64,000 bases of DNA from a bacterium (GCA_004299235.1 SCQL01000026.1:26240-90239); one strand, 5' to 3'; positions 48,313-56,167 are shown, counted from the stretch's first letter. Numbers and translations: made by a program. The notes: generated by a model from the sequence alone, not told the origin.

Positions 48313-50669
48313 CTGACTTTGCCGTCATCGGCAAGCCGCTGCCGAAGGTGGACGCGGCGGCGAAGGTGACCGGTCGCGCCGTCTATGCGGACGACATGCT
48401 CCTGCCGCGCACCCTCCACTGCAGAATCCTGCGGAGCCCGCACCCGCACGCGCGCATCCTCTCCATCGACACCTCCGCCGCGCGGCGCATGGAGGGCGTC
48501 CGAGCGGTCATCACGGGCGCCGACCTGCCGGTCAGGTTCGGCATCCTACCGGTGACGCAGGACGAGCGGGCGCTCGAGCACGAGAAGGTGCGGTACGCCG
48601 GCGATCCGATCGCCGCGGTGGCCGCCACCGACGAGGAGATCGCGGCGGCCGCGTGCGACGCCATCTCGGTCGAGTACGCGGTCCTCGAGCCGGTGATGTC
48701 CATCGAGGACGCCCTGAAGAATCCCAAGGACGAACGCATCCAGGACTATGGCGGGCCCAACAACATCCACAAGCTCGTCGCGCTGGAGTTCGGCGACGTG
48801 GACGCCGGCTTGGCGCGAGCCGACCACGTGCGCGAGGACGTCTTCTTCTTCCAGGGCAACACGCACCTGCCGATGGAGCAGCACAGCGCCATCGCCACAT
48901 ACGTCGCCGGCAAGATCACGCTGTGGTCCTCGACCCAGGTCGTCCACTACGTGCATCGCGCGCTGGCGAAGGTGCTGGGGCTGCCGATGCACCGGATCCG
49001 CGTCATCGGCGCCGCCCACGGCGGCGGGTTCGGGGGCAAGACCGACCCCTTCGCGCACGAGATCATCGTGTGCAAGCTGGCGATGATGACCGGCCGCCCG
49101 GTCAAGTGCACGCTCACGCGCGAAGAGGTGTTCTACGCGCATCGCGGCCGTCACCCGGTGCTCATGTGGGTCCGCACCGGAGTCAGGCGGGACGGGCGCA
49201 TCACCGCCATGCACTTCCGCAGCGCCCTCGACGGCGGCGCGTATGGGTCGTATGGCGTCGCCTCGACCTTCTATACGGGTGCGCTGCAGACGGTGACCTA
49301 CGACATCCCGGCCTACCGCTTCGAAGGCTGCCGGGTGTTCACCAACAAGCCGCCGTGCGGTCCGAAGCGCGGCCACGGCACCCCTCAGCCCCGGTTCGCG
49401 CTGGAGCTCCACCTGGAGAAGATCGCGCACGACCTCGGCATGGACCCGGTGGACCTGAAGCAGCGCAACTTCGTCCAGCCGATGACGCGCACGGTGAACT
49501 GGCTGCGCGTCACGTCATGCGGCCTGGACGAGTGCACCGAACGGGTGCTGACCGCCTCCGGCTACAGGCATCGCGAGCGAAGACCCGGTCACGGCATGGG
49601 GTTCGCCATCTCGAGCTACCTCTCGGGCGCCGGGACCGCCATCTACTGGAACGACATGCCGCACTCCGAGGTGCAGCTCAAGGTCGACCGCGGCGGGGTC
49701 ACCGCCTACTGCGGGGCCATGGACATCGGCCAGGGATCGGACTCGGTGCTGGCGGCCATCGTCGCCGAGGAGCTGGGAATCCAGCCGGCCGAGGTGCGGC
49801 TGGTCACCGCGGATACCGACACGACGCCCATCGACCTCGGCTCTTACTCATCCCGCGTGACCTTCATGGCCGGCAACGCGGCGATCGAAGCCGCGCGAAA
49901 AATGCGCGCCATGCTGGTCGGAGCCGCCGCCGCGAAGATGGGCTGCGACGCGGCCGCGGTCGTGGTCGAAACGGGCCGCATCGGCGACTACAGCTTCGAG
50001 GAGGCCAGCATCCTCGCCGAGGCGAAATTCGGCGCCCTGACCAGCGCCGGCAGCTACACGCCGCCGAAGCTTGCCGGACCGTACAAGGGTGCCGGCGTCG
50101 GCCCGAGCCCGGCGTACAGCTTTACGGCGTGCGTCGTCGACCTGGACGCCGATTCTCGCACCGGCCTGGTGCATGTCAACAAGGTATGGATCGCCCACGA
50201 CGTCGGCCGTGCGATCAACCCGCTGCTCGTCGAGGGGCAGGTCGAGGGGAGCGTCTACATGGGCCTCGGCGAGGCGCTCATGGAAGAGCAGACCTTCCGC
50301 AAGGGCCTGCACAAGTGGCCATCGATGCTCGAGTACAAATCCCCGACCTTCCTCGACATGCCTGAGGTGCAGACGCTCATCGTCGAGACCGTCGACCCGG
50401 AAGGTCCGTACGGCGCCAAGGAGGCCGGCCAGGGACCGCTGCTGCCGGTCGCGCCGGCGGTGTGCGCCGCCGTCCACGACGCGCTCGGGGTGTGGATCGA
50501 CGAGGTCCCGGTCACCCCCGAGAAGGTGGTCGAGGCGCTGCGGCGCAAGAACAAGGGCGAACCCGCGCGCTTCGGACCCTTGCGATTCCCAGACGTCCCT
50601 TACCCGCCGTGCATCAAGGTCGAACCCCCCGCCAAGGACCTGGATCATGCTCCGGCTGCCTCGATTTAG
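48309..50669 (+). CDS. molybdenum hydroxylase large (MoCo) subunit, HcrA-like
   Basis: 786 aa; ILRSPHPHARILSIDTSAA...VRYAGDPIAAVAA...GGGFGGK...; ATGA overlap with the small subunit. Confidence 0.9.
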   Translation: MTDFAVIGKPLPKVDAAAKVTGRAVYADDMLLPRTLHCRILRSPHPHARILSIDTSAARRMEGVRAVITGADLPVRFGILPVTQDERALEHEKVRYAGDPIAAVAATDEEIAAAACDAISVEYAVLEPVMSIEDALKNPKDERIQDYGGPNNIHKLVALEFGDVDAGLARADHVREDVFFFQGNTHLPMEQHSAIATYVAGKITLWSSTQVVHYVHRALAKVLGLPMHRIRVIGAAHGGGFGGKTDPFAHEIIVCKLAMMTGRPVKCTLTREEVFYAHRGRHPVLMWVRTGVRRDGRITAMHFRSALDGGAYGSYGVASTFYTGALQTVTYDIPAYRFEGCRVFTNKPPCGPKRGHGTPQPRFALELHLEKIAHDLGMDPVDLKQRNFVQPMTRTVNWLRVTSCGLDECTERVLTASGYRHRERRPGHGMGFAISSYLSGAGTAIYWNDMPHSEVQLKVDRGGVTAYCGAMDIGQGSDSVLAAIVAEELGIQPAEVRLVTADTDTTPIDLGSYSSRVTFMAGNAAIEAARKMRAMLVGAAAAKMGCDAAAVVVETGRIGDYSFEEASILAEAKFGALTSAGSYTPPKLAGPYKGAGVGPSPAYSFTACVVDLDADSRTGLVHVNKVWIAHDVGRAINPLLVEGQVEGSVYMGLGEALMEEQTFRKGLHKWPSMLEYKSPTFLDMPEVQTLIVETVDPEGPYGAKEAGQGPLLPVAPAVCAAVHDALGVWIDEVPVTPEKVVEALRRKNKGEPARFGPLRFPDVPYPPCIKVEPPAKDLDHAPAASI

Positions 50670-51639
50670 ATATCTGCGGCCGAAGACCGCGCGTGACGCC
50701 GCCGCCATGGCTGCCGCCGCGGGGCAGCGCGCGATGTTCGTCGCGGGGGGGACCGATCTCTTCCCCAAGCTCAAGCGGCGCCAGTTCGACATCGACACCT
50801 TGATCGGCCTCGACTGCCTTTCGCGCGAGATCCATGGAGGAGCGGAAGGGACGGTCGTGGATGCGGGCGTCACGCTCGCCACCGCCGCCTCCGACGGCCG
50901 TCTCAACCATGAGTTCCGGGGCTATGCGCAGGCGGCGGGCCTGGTCTCCTCTCCCCCGCTCCGCAACGCCGGCACGATCGGCGGCAACCTCTGCGTCGAC
51001 ACGCGCTGCAACTACTACGACATGACCTACGAATGGCGGAAGGCGGCCGGGTTCTGCATGAAGAAGGACGGCGACATCTGCCTGGTCGCTCCCAGTAGCC
51101 CGCGGTGCTGGGCGGTCTCGTCGTCCGACACGGCGCCGATGGCGATCGCGCTCGGCGCGAGCGTGACCCTCAGCGGACCCGAGGACGATCGCGAGCTGCT
51201 CGTCGCGGCGCTGTACCGCGACGACGGGATGGACTATATGGCGAAGCAGCCGCACGAGGTGGTCACCGGTTTGCGGCTGCCCGCCGCCCCAGGGGTGCGC
51301 ACCGCCTATGTCAAGCTGCGGCGGCGAGGGTCGATCGATTTTCCAATCGCGGGCGCGGCGGTCGCGCTGGAGCTCGATGGAGATGTGGTCGTCGCCTGCC
51401 GGATCGTGCTTTCGGCGGTGGCCTCGCACCCGCTCGAGGCGGCCGCCGCTGAAGAATTCCTGAAGGGCAAGCGCATCGACAGGGAATCGATCCGCGAGGC
51501 TGCGGAGATCGCCGCCAAGCCGGCCAAACCCCTCGACAACGCCGACCTCAGTCACTCCTGGCGCAAGCGCATGGTCCGTGTGGTCGTCGAGGATGCACTC
51601 CAACAAGCCAGCGATCAGCAGGCCGGGTTCGGCGGTTAA
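50647..51639 (+). CDS. molybdenum hydroxylase FAD subunit with Cys-rich insertion (HcrB-like)
   Basis: FVAGGTDLFP FAD motif. Insertion CVDTRCNYYDMTYEWRKAAGFCMKKDGDICLVAPSSPRCW (50992-51108). Confidence 0.9.
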   Translation: MLRLPRFRYLRPKTARDAAAMAAAAGQRAMFVAGGTDLFPKLKRRQFDIDTLIGLDCLSREIHGGAEGTVVDAGVTLATAASDGRLNHEFRGYAQAAGLVSSPPLRNAGTIGGNLCVDTRCNYYDMTYEWRKAAGFCMKKDGDICLVAPSSPRCWAVSSSDTAPMAIALGASVTLSGPEDDRELLVAALYRDDGMDYMAKQPHEVVTGLRLPAAPGVRTAYVKLRRRGSIDFPIAGAAVALELDGDVVVACRIVLSAVASHPLEAAAAEEFLKGKRIDRESIREAAEIAAKPAKPLDNADLSHSWRKRMVRVVVEDALQQASDQQAGFGG

Positions 51640-51658
51640 GCTTCTAGGTCACCACCAG

Positions 51659-51829
51659 TTGAAACGCACGCAAATCGGACAATCCGGGCAAGGAATGGTG
51701 GAGTACGCGCTCATCCTCGCCCTGGTCGCGCTGATCGTGGTCATTGCCCTGATCGCCACCGGAGGGCAGCTCATCAACCTGTTCTCCAACATCAGCGCGA
51801 CCATGTGCAATCACCACGTCGGGTGCTGA
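51659..51829 (+). CDS. Flp/Fap-type prepilin 1
   Basis: MKRTQIGQSGQGMVEYALILALVALIVVIALIATGGQLINLFSNISATMCNHHVGC: leader, G-x4-EY, hydrophobic helix. TTG start inferred. Confidence 0.75.
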   Translation: MKRTQIGQSGQGMVEYALILALVALIVVIALIATGGQLINLFSNISATMCNHHVGC

Positions 51830-51992
51830 GGTGCCAGGTGTGCAGGCCGGACAGGGGATGGTCGAGTTCGCGCTCATCCTCGCCCTGGTCGCGCTGATCG
51901 TGATCGTCGCCCTCATCGCCACCGGTGGTCAGGTGATCAACCTGTACTCCGACATCGTCCAGACGATGTGCAACTATCACGCCGGGTGCTGA
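51690..51992 (+). repeat. tandem duplication of the flp coding unit
   Basis: The two units align over nearly the whole mature peptide and include a 34-nt identical run (cgcgctcatcctcgccctggtcgcgctgatcgtg). Confidence 0.7.
51831..51992 (+). CDS. Flp/Fap-type prepilin 2 (53 aa, absent from ORF track)
   Basis: Hand translation: MPGVQAGQGMVEFALILALVALIVIVALIATGGQVINLYSDIVQTMCNYHAGC*. GTG 51831 (or GTG 51840). Confidence 0.7.
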   Translation: MPGVQAGQGMVEFALILALVALIVIVALIATGGQVINLYSDIVQTMCNYHAGC

Positions 51993-52067
51993 TGCTCGGG
52001 ATAGCGGCTTAAGGCCCTCACCCGGTCCGTCTCCCCGAAGGGACGCTCGCTCCGCTTTGGGGGACGC

Positions 52068-52739
52068 TCAGTCCGCTCTGGCTGCCGCCGCCGCCTGTGC
52101 CGCCCGTTCCGCGCTCTCGCGGACCCGGTCCATGTCCCGGCCCGCGAGCGCCTCGGCCGGAAACAGTGAGTTCGTCAGGCCCACGGCCTTGACCCCCAGC
52201 CTCAGGTACGCCGCGATGTCCTCGATCGGGACTCCCCCGGAAACCCAGAAAGGGACGCCGGCCATCGGCCCGTTCAGGGTCCGGACGTACTCGGGACCCC
52301 CGACCGGGGTGATCGGGAACACCTTGACGAGCGCGGCGCCGGCGACCCGCGCCTGGTAGATCTCCGTCGGGGTCAGCGCCCCCAGCACGCACAGCATGTC
52401 CTCCTGGCGGCAGGCCTCGGCCACCTCGGGCAGGAGCACGGGCGTGACCACGAACGAGGCGCCCGCCTGCTTCGCCTCCCTCACGGCGCCCGGATCCCAG
52501 ACCGTCCCCACCCCGATCGGGAACCGGCCGCCGGTGGTGGCGATGAGGCCGCGGATCATCTCGAAGCAGGAGGGAACCGTCTTGGTGATCTCGAGCGTCC
52601 GCACCCCGCCCTCCAGGGCGGCCAGGCAGGCCTGGAAGCCGGCGTCGGCGTTGTCGGTGCGCAGCACGCCGCAGAGTCCGCTGGGAAAGACTTCCTCGAT
52701 GCTCCGCACGGGCGATCCGATTATCCCGGAACCCGGCAC
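52068..52739 (-). CDS. eda: KDPG/KHG aldolase family protein
   Basis: GVRTLEITKTVP ... FVVTP ... VKVFP... aldolase class I pattern. Confidence 0.8.
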   Translation of the reverse strand: MPGSGIIGSPVRSIEEVFPSGLCGVLRTDNADAGFQACLAALEGGVRTLEITKTVPSCFEMIRGLIATTGGRFPIGVGTVWDPGAVREAKQAGASFVVTPVLLPEVAEACRQEDMLCVLGALTPTEIYQARVAGAALVKVFPITPVGGPEYVRTLNGPMAGVPFWVSGGVPIEDIAAYLRLGVKAVGLTNSLFPAEALAGRDMDRVRESAERAAQAAAAARAD

Positions 52740-52816
52740 CGGCTCGACGCGCCCACCGCACCTTGCCCAGGCCGAGTCGGGCCCAATGCCGCTCCCTGTG
52801 CACGGCTAAACTGGTA

Positions 52817-52826
52817 CATACGTATG
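52817..52826. promoter_or_regulatory. AT-rich perfect palindrome CATACGTATG overlapping the TetR start codon (candidate auto-operator)
   Basis: Read directly from the sequence. It is the only AT-rich palindrome in the eda/tetR divergent region, and no SD lies upstream of the ATG. Confidence 0.3.
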
Positions 52827-53426
52827 ACAGGGGCGACCGCAACCGAGTCAACTCGCGACCAGATCATCCACGCCGCGGCCGAATCGCTCCTGGAGAGCGG
52901 CTATTCCGGGACGAGCGTCCGGTCCATCGCCACCCGGGCCGGAGTCGCCATCGGCAACCTTCAGTACTGGTTCCCCACCAAGTCCGAGCTGCTGGTCGAA
53001 GCCTGGCGGTACCTCACCGCGAAGTCGGTCGAGGAGCTACGACACGCCCTGAACCAGCTGACGGACCCGCTCGAGGTGCTCGAGGTCGGGGTGGAGGCGA
53101 TCTGGGATTCCCTGCGCCGCCTCGGTGACATCCAGCTCGCCGCCTTCGACCTGCTGGTCCAAGCACCCCGCACCGAGCGCCTGCAGGCATACCTGCCCGA
53201 GCTTTTCACCCGCTACCGCGAGGTCATCCAGGAGCAGCTCGACCGGCTGGAGGCTGACGGCCGTCTCCGGCTGACCGTACCGCGTGAGGTCCTCGTGCCG
53301 CTGGTCCTGAACACGGTGCTCGGGTTCGGCCTCTACTACGTGGTCACACGCGACGACGAGTCATGCGTTCGGGCGCTTTCCGCATTCCGGCAGCTGGCGG
53401 GCAGCCTGGTGGAGCCGGTCGGATGA
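52824..53426 (+). CDS. TetR/AcrR family transcriptional regulator
   Basis: TRDQIIHAAAESLLESGYSGTSVRSIATRAGVAIGNLQYWFPTKSEL HTH. Confidence 0.9.
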   Translation: MTGATATESTRDQIIHAAAESLLESGYSGTSVRSIATRAGVAIGNLQYWFPTKSELLVEAWRYLTAKSVEELRHALNQLTDPLEVLEVGVEAIWDSLRRLGDIQLAAFDLLVQAPRTERLQAYLPELFTRYREVIQEQLDRLEADGRLRLTVPREVLVPLVLNTVLGFGLYYVVTRDDESCVRALSAFRQLAGSLVEPVG

Positions 53427-53806
53427 AGGCGCCCGCCATCGACACGGAGCTCCGGCGCCTCGAAGGGCTGTGGGCGGACGGGCTTTCGGACGCGTATCGC
53501 TCGTACCTCGAGGCGGTGGCCGGTTACGACTCCGCCGGCCAACCGAAGCTGGCCCTGGCGGCGGCCCTGATCGAGGTCGGGATCCGGCTCCAGGGGCTCG
53601 GCGGCCCTGCGGCCCCCGCGCCCACGCTGCTGATGGGCGACCTGTGCCTTGCCCGCGCATCGCGCCTGCTCGCGGACACCGCGTCGCAGCCTGTCCAGGT
53701 CGCGTTCGCCAGCGCGGTCGCAGAGCTGTCATCGGCAGCCGCCTCCGGGCAATCCGCCCTGCCTGCTCGCGAGCTCCTCCTGCAGGCGTTCGAGGCCGGC
53801 CGGTGA
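53423..53806 (+). CDS. hypothetical 127-aa protein (possible non-catalytic prenyl-synthase partner)
   Basis: ATGA-coupled to tetR and GTGA-coupled to the downstream synthase. Contains LLMGDLCLARASRLLAD, reminiscent of the GDxLLxxA helix of polyprenyl synthases, but has no DDxxD. Confidence 0.55.
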   Translation: MKAPAIDTELRRLEGLWADGLSDAYRSYLEAVAGYDSAGQPKLALAAALIEVGIRLQGLGGPAAPAPTLLMGDLCLARASRLLADTASQPVQVAFASAVAELSSAAASGQSALPARELLLQAFEAGR

Positions 53807-55191
53807 TCGGCACGCGGCTGCGCTTCGAGACGTCGCACCCCACGCAGTTCGTCGACATCACCGAGCGAATTCGAGAGGAGGTCCGGCGGTCGGGCATGCG
53901 CATGGGCCGCGCCCACCTGCAGTCGCTGCACACGACCCTCGGCCTCGCGGTCAACGAGAACGAGCCCTTGCTGCTTCGCGACTTTTCGAACCTGCTCGAG
54001 CGGCTTGCGCCGAGCGGCACGGATTACGAACACGACGACTTCGCCCGCCGGTTTGACATCGCGCTCGACGAGCCGGTCAACGGGCACGCCCACTGCCGCC
54101 AGCTGCTGCTGACCGGTTTCGCGACGGTGCTGGTCGAAGACGGCGAGCTCGTGCTCGGACGGTGGCAGTCGGTCTTCGCGGTCGAGCTCGATGGGCCGCG
54201 CCATCGCGAGCTGGCTCTGCAGCTGGACGGCGACTTCACGTCCAGCGGCCCGCATCGCGTCGAGGGCTCGGAGGCTCTGGTCGAGCTCGAGCTCACACGC
54301 CAGCTGCTGGTCGATCCCGAACCGGTGGCCGCGCCGATGCGGCGCTTGGTGGAGGCGGGCGGCAAGCGGCTTCGCCCGCGGCTCGTCCAGCTCGCCGCGG
54401 GCATCGGCCCGCGCAACGAGCCGCTTCGCGCCGCGGCGCTGGCGGCCGCGGTCGAGCTGTTGCACAACGCCACCCTCGTCCATGACGACTATGTCGACGA
54501 GAGCACCCACCGCCGGGGGCAGCCGACGGTCGCGGCGGCGGAGGGACCGGAGCGTGCGATCGCGGTTGGTGATTATTACTTTGCCAAGGCGACCAGGCTC
54601 ATCGCGGAGATTGGCAACCGCGGAGTGTCGTCAACGCTCGCGGAGGCCCTCGAGGCCATCTGCACGTCACAGATCGATGACGTCGCGCTCCGCGGCACAT
54701 ACCCGGGCGACCACGACTCCTACCTGCAGGTCGTGCGCGGCAAGACCGCGGCTCTGTTCGCCGCCGCCTGCGCGTCGGGCGCGATGCTCTCCGAAGCGAG
54801 CCCTGAGGTTGTCGGCGCCCTGCGCCGCTACGGCGAGCTGCTCGGCGTGGCGTTCCAGATGGCCGACGACATGGTCGACTTCAGCCCCAGCTCCGGCAAG
54901 CCGGTCGGCCTCGACATCCGCCGGCGCGTCCTGTCTCTACCTCTGATCTACGCCGCCGAAGACCGATCTGTCGGAGCCGAGGTCCGGCGCCTGCTGGCCG
55001 GGTCGCTTGACGACACAGAGGTCGGCCGCGTGGCGGAGCTGGTGACGGCGAGCGGGGCGCTCGAGCGCGTCCGCGGCGAGGCCCAGGGCCTGGCCGACGC
55101 CGCGGTGCACGAGCTCGAGACGATCGAGCTTGACGGCCTGCGACCGACGCTGATCGACCTCGCCCGTTCCGCCGCCAACCGCAAGTCTTAG
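53803..55191 (+). CDS. fusion protein: YjbQ/UPF0047 domain + trans-polyprenyl diphosphate synthase
   Basis: N-terminal part: HTTLGLAVNENE...YEHDD...NGHAHCRQLLLTGFATVLVEDGELVLGRWQSVF (UPF0047). C-terminal part: GGKRLRP, LLHNATLVHDDYVDE (DDxxD-1), GKTAALF, FQMADDMVD (DDxxD-2). Single uninterrupted frame from GTG 53803. Confidence 0.85.
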   Translation: MIGTRLRFETSHPTQFVDITERIREEVRRSGMRMGRAHLQSLHTTLGLAVNENEPLLLRDFSNLLERLAPSGTDYEHDDFARRFDIALDEPVNGHAHCRQLLLTGFATVLVEDGELVLGRWQSVFAVELDGPRHRELALQLDGDFTSSGPHRVEGSEALVELELTRQLLVDPEPVAAPMRRLVEAGGKRLRPRLVQLAAGIGPRNEPLRAAALAAAVELLHNATLVHDDYVDESTHRRGQPTVAAAEGPERAIAVGDYYFAKATRLIAEIGNRGVSSTLAEALEAICTSQIDDVALRGTYPGDHDSYLQVVRGKTAALFAAACASGAMLSEASPEVVGALRRYGELLGVAFQMADDMVDFSPSSGKPVGLDIRRRVLSLPLIYAAEDRSVGAEVRRLLAGSLDDTEVGRVAELVTASGALERVRGEAQGLADAAVHELETIELDGLRPTLIDLARSAANRKS

Positions 55192-55327
55192 CCTGCCGCC
55201 AAACTAACCGAGCCTGTCTGGTGCCACGGCACGGGCGCCCCCCAGGCCGGTGACCTGCAGGAGAAGAGGCTGGTAAGAGGGCGTCTGGGGAGGTCCGTGG
55301 GCATCGGAGCGTGTCAGTGGGGATGTC

Positions 55328-55350
55328 CCCTCTCCCCGCCGGGGAGAGGG
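55328..55350. terminator. perfect 10-bp hairpin CCCTCTCCCC-gcc-GGGGAGAGGG between convergent prenyl synthase and ubiE
   Basis: Read directly from the sequence. Confidence 0.5.
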
Positions 55351-56167
55351 CAGTGGTGAGGGGCGCGGGCTCGCTGCCGCCGCGGGCGAAAGATCGTCCA
55401 TGAGGGCGGCTGGCAGGTGGTCAACGCCGGGCGCGAGTTTCGTTTCCTTCCCCCGAGCGGGGAGGTCCTACTCTTTCGCGCCCGACACGATGGCGACCGT
55501 GCCCATGGCGAGGCTTTGGTGGCGAACACTCGACCAGCCGGCCGCCGCCGCCATCGCCCTGAGCTCGTCCGGCGTGCGGTAGGAGTCGACTGTGTCGCTC
55601 AGGTATCGGTAGGCGGACGGCTGGCCGGAAAGGGCACCGCCGATCACCGGCAGCACCGTCCGCAGATACAGCCGGTACGCAACGCCGACCACGCCGCGGG
55701 GCGGCCGGACGAACTCCAGGACGACGGCACGGCCGCCAGACTTGACGACCCGCAGCATCTCGCGCAGGCCTTTCACCGGGTCGGCGAGGTTGCGCAGCCC
55801 GAAGGCGATGGTGGATGCATCGAAGCTGGCGTCATCGAACGGCAGCTTGAGGGCGTCGCCCTCGATGAACTCCAGCCCTGGATGCTCGCGCCGCGCCAGC
55901 TCCAGCATCTGCGGGCTGAAATCGAGGCCGACCACCCGCCCCTTCGGGCCGGCGATCCGTTCCAGCCGCGCGGTCAGCTTGCCTGAACCACAGGCGACGT
56001 CGAGAGCCGAACCGCCCGCGACGAGGCCCGTCGCGCCGGCGGCACGCCGGCGCCACCCCGCATCCGTTCCACCCGACAGGACGGTGTTGACCAGGTCGTA
56101 CCGGCGGGCGATGCGGTCGAACATCGCGCGCACTGCCTGCGGGTCGCGTTCGGAGATGGCTACGACC

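Noticed and set aside
51644-51980. Two minus-strand ORFs (92 and 62 aa) antisense to the flp genes
   Set aside because: They are mirror images of the tandem flp repeat (DQGEDER... repeated). The plus-strand reading gives the well-defined Flp signature.
52040-52077. Imperfect 17-nt direct repeat GGGACGCTC(GC/AG)TCCGCT at the eda 3' end
   Set aside because: It has 15/17 identity, only two copies, and partly lies inside coding sequence. It is too short to distinguish from chance or a small slippage duplication. The nearby hairpin (52028-52045) has only 6 bp including a G-U.
52018-52851. 277-aa minus-strand ORF overlapping eda
   Set aside because: It is Arg/Gly/Pro-rich. The alternative frame 52068-52739 gives a clean KDPG/KHG-aldolase-like sequence.
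53470-53802. N-terminal 111 aa of the 573-aa ORF (would extend the YjbQ fusion further upstream)
   Set aside because: This part is Arg/Gly/Pro-rich and overlaps the 127-aa ORF in another frame. The UPF0047 domain begins right at GTG 53803, which forms a GTGA junction with the upstream stop.
55204-55401. 65-aa ORF (minus strand) in the prenyl-synthase/ubiE spacer
   Set aside because: It is a Pro/Ser/Arg/Gly-rich low-complexity translation that runs through the perfect hairpin. It has no SD and no family resemblance, so it is treated as non-coding.
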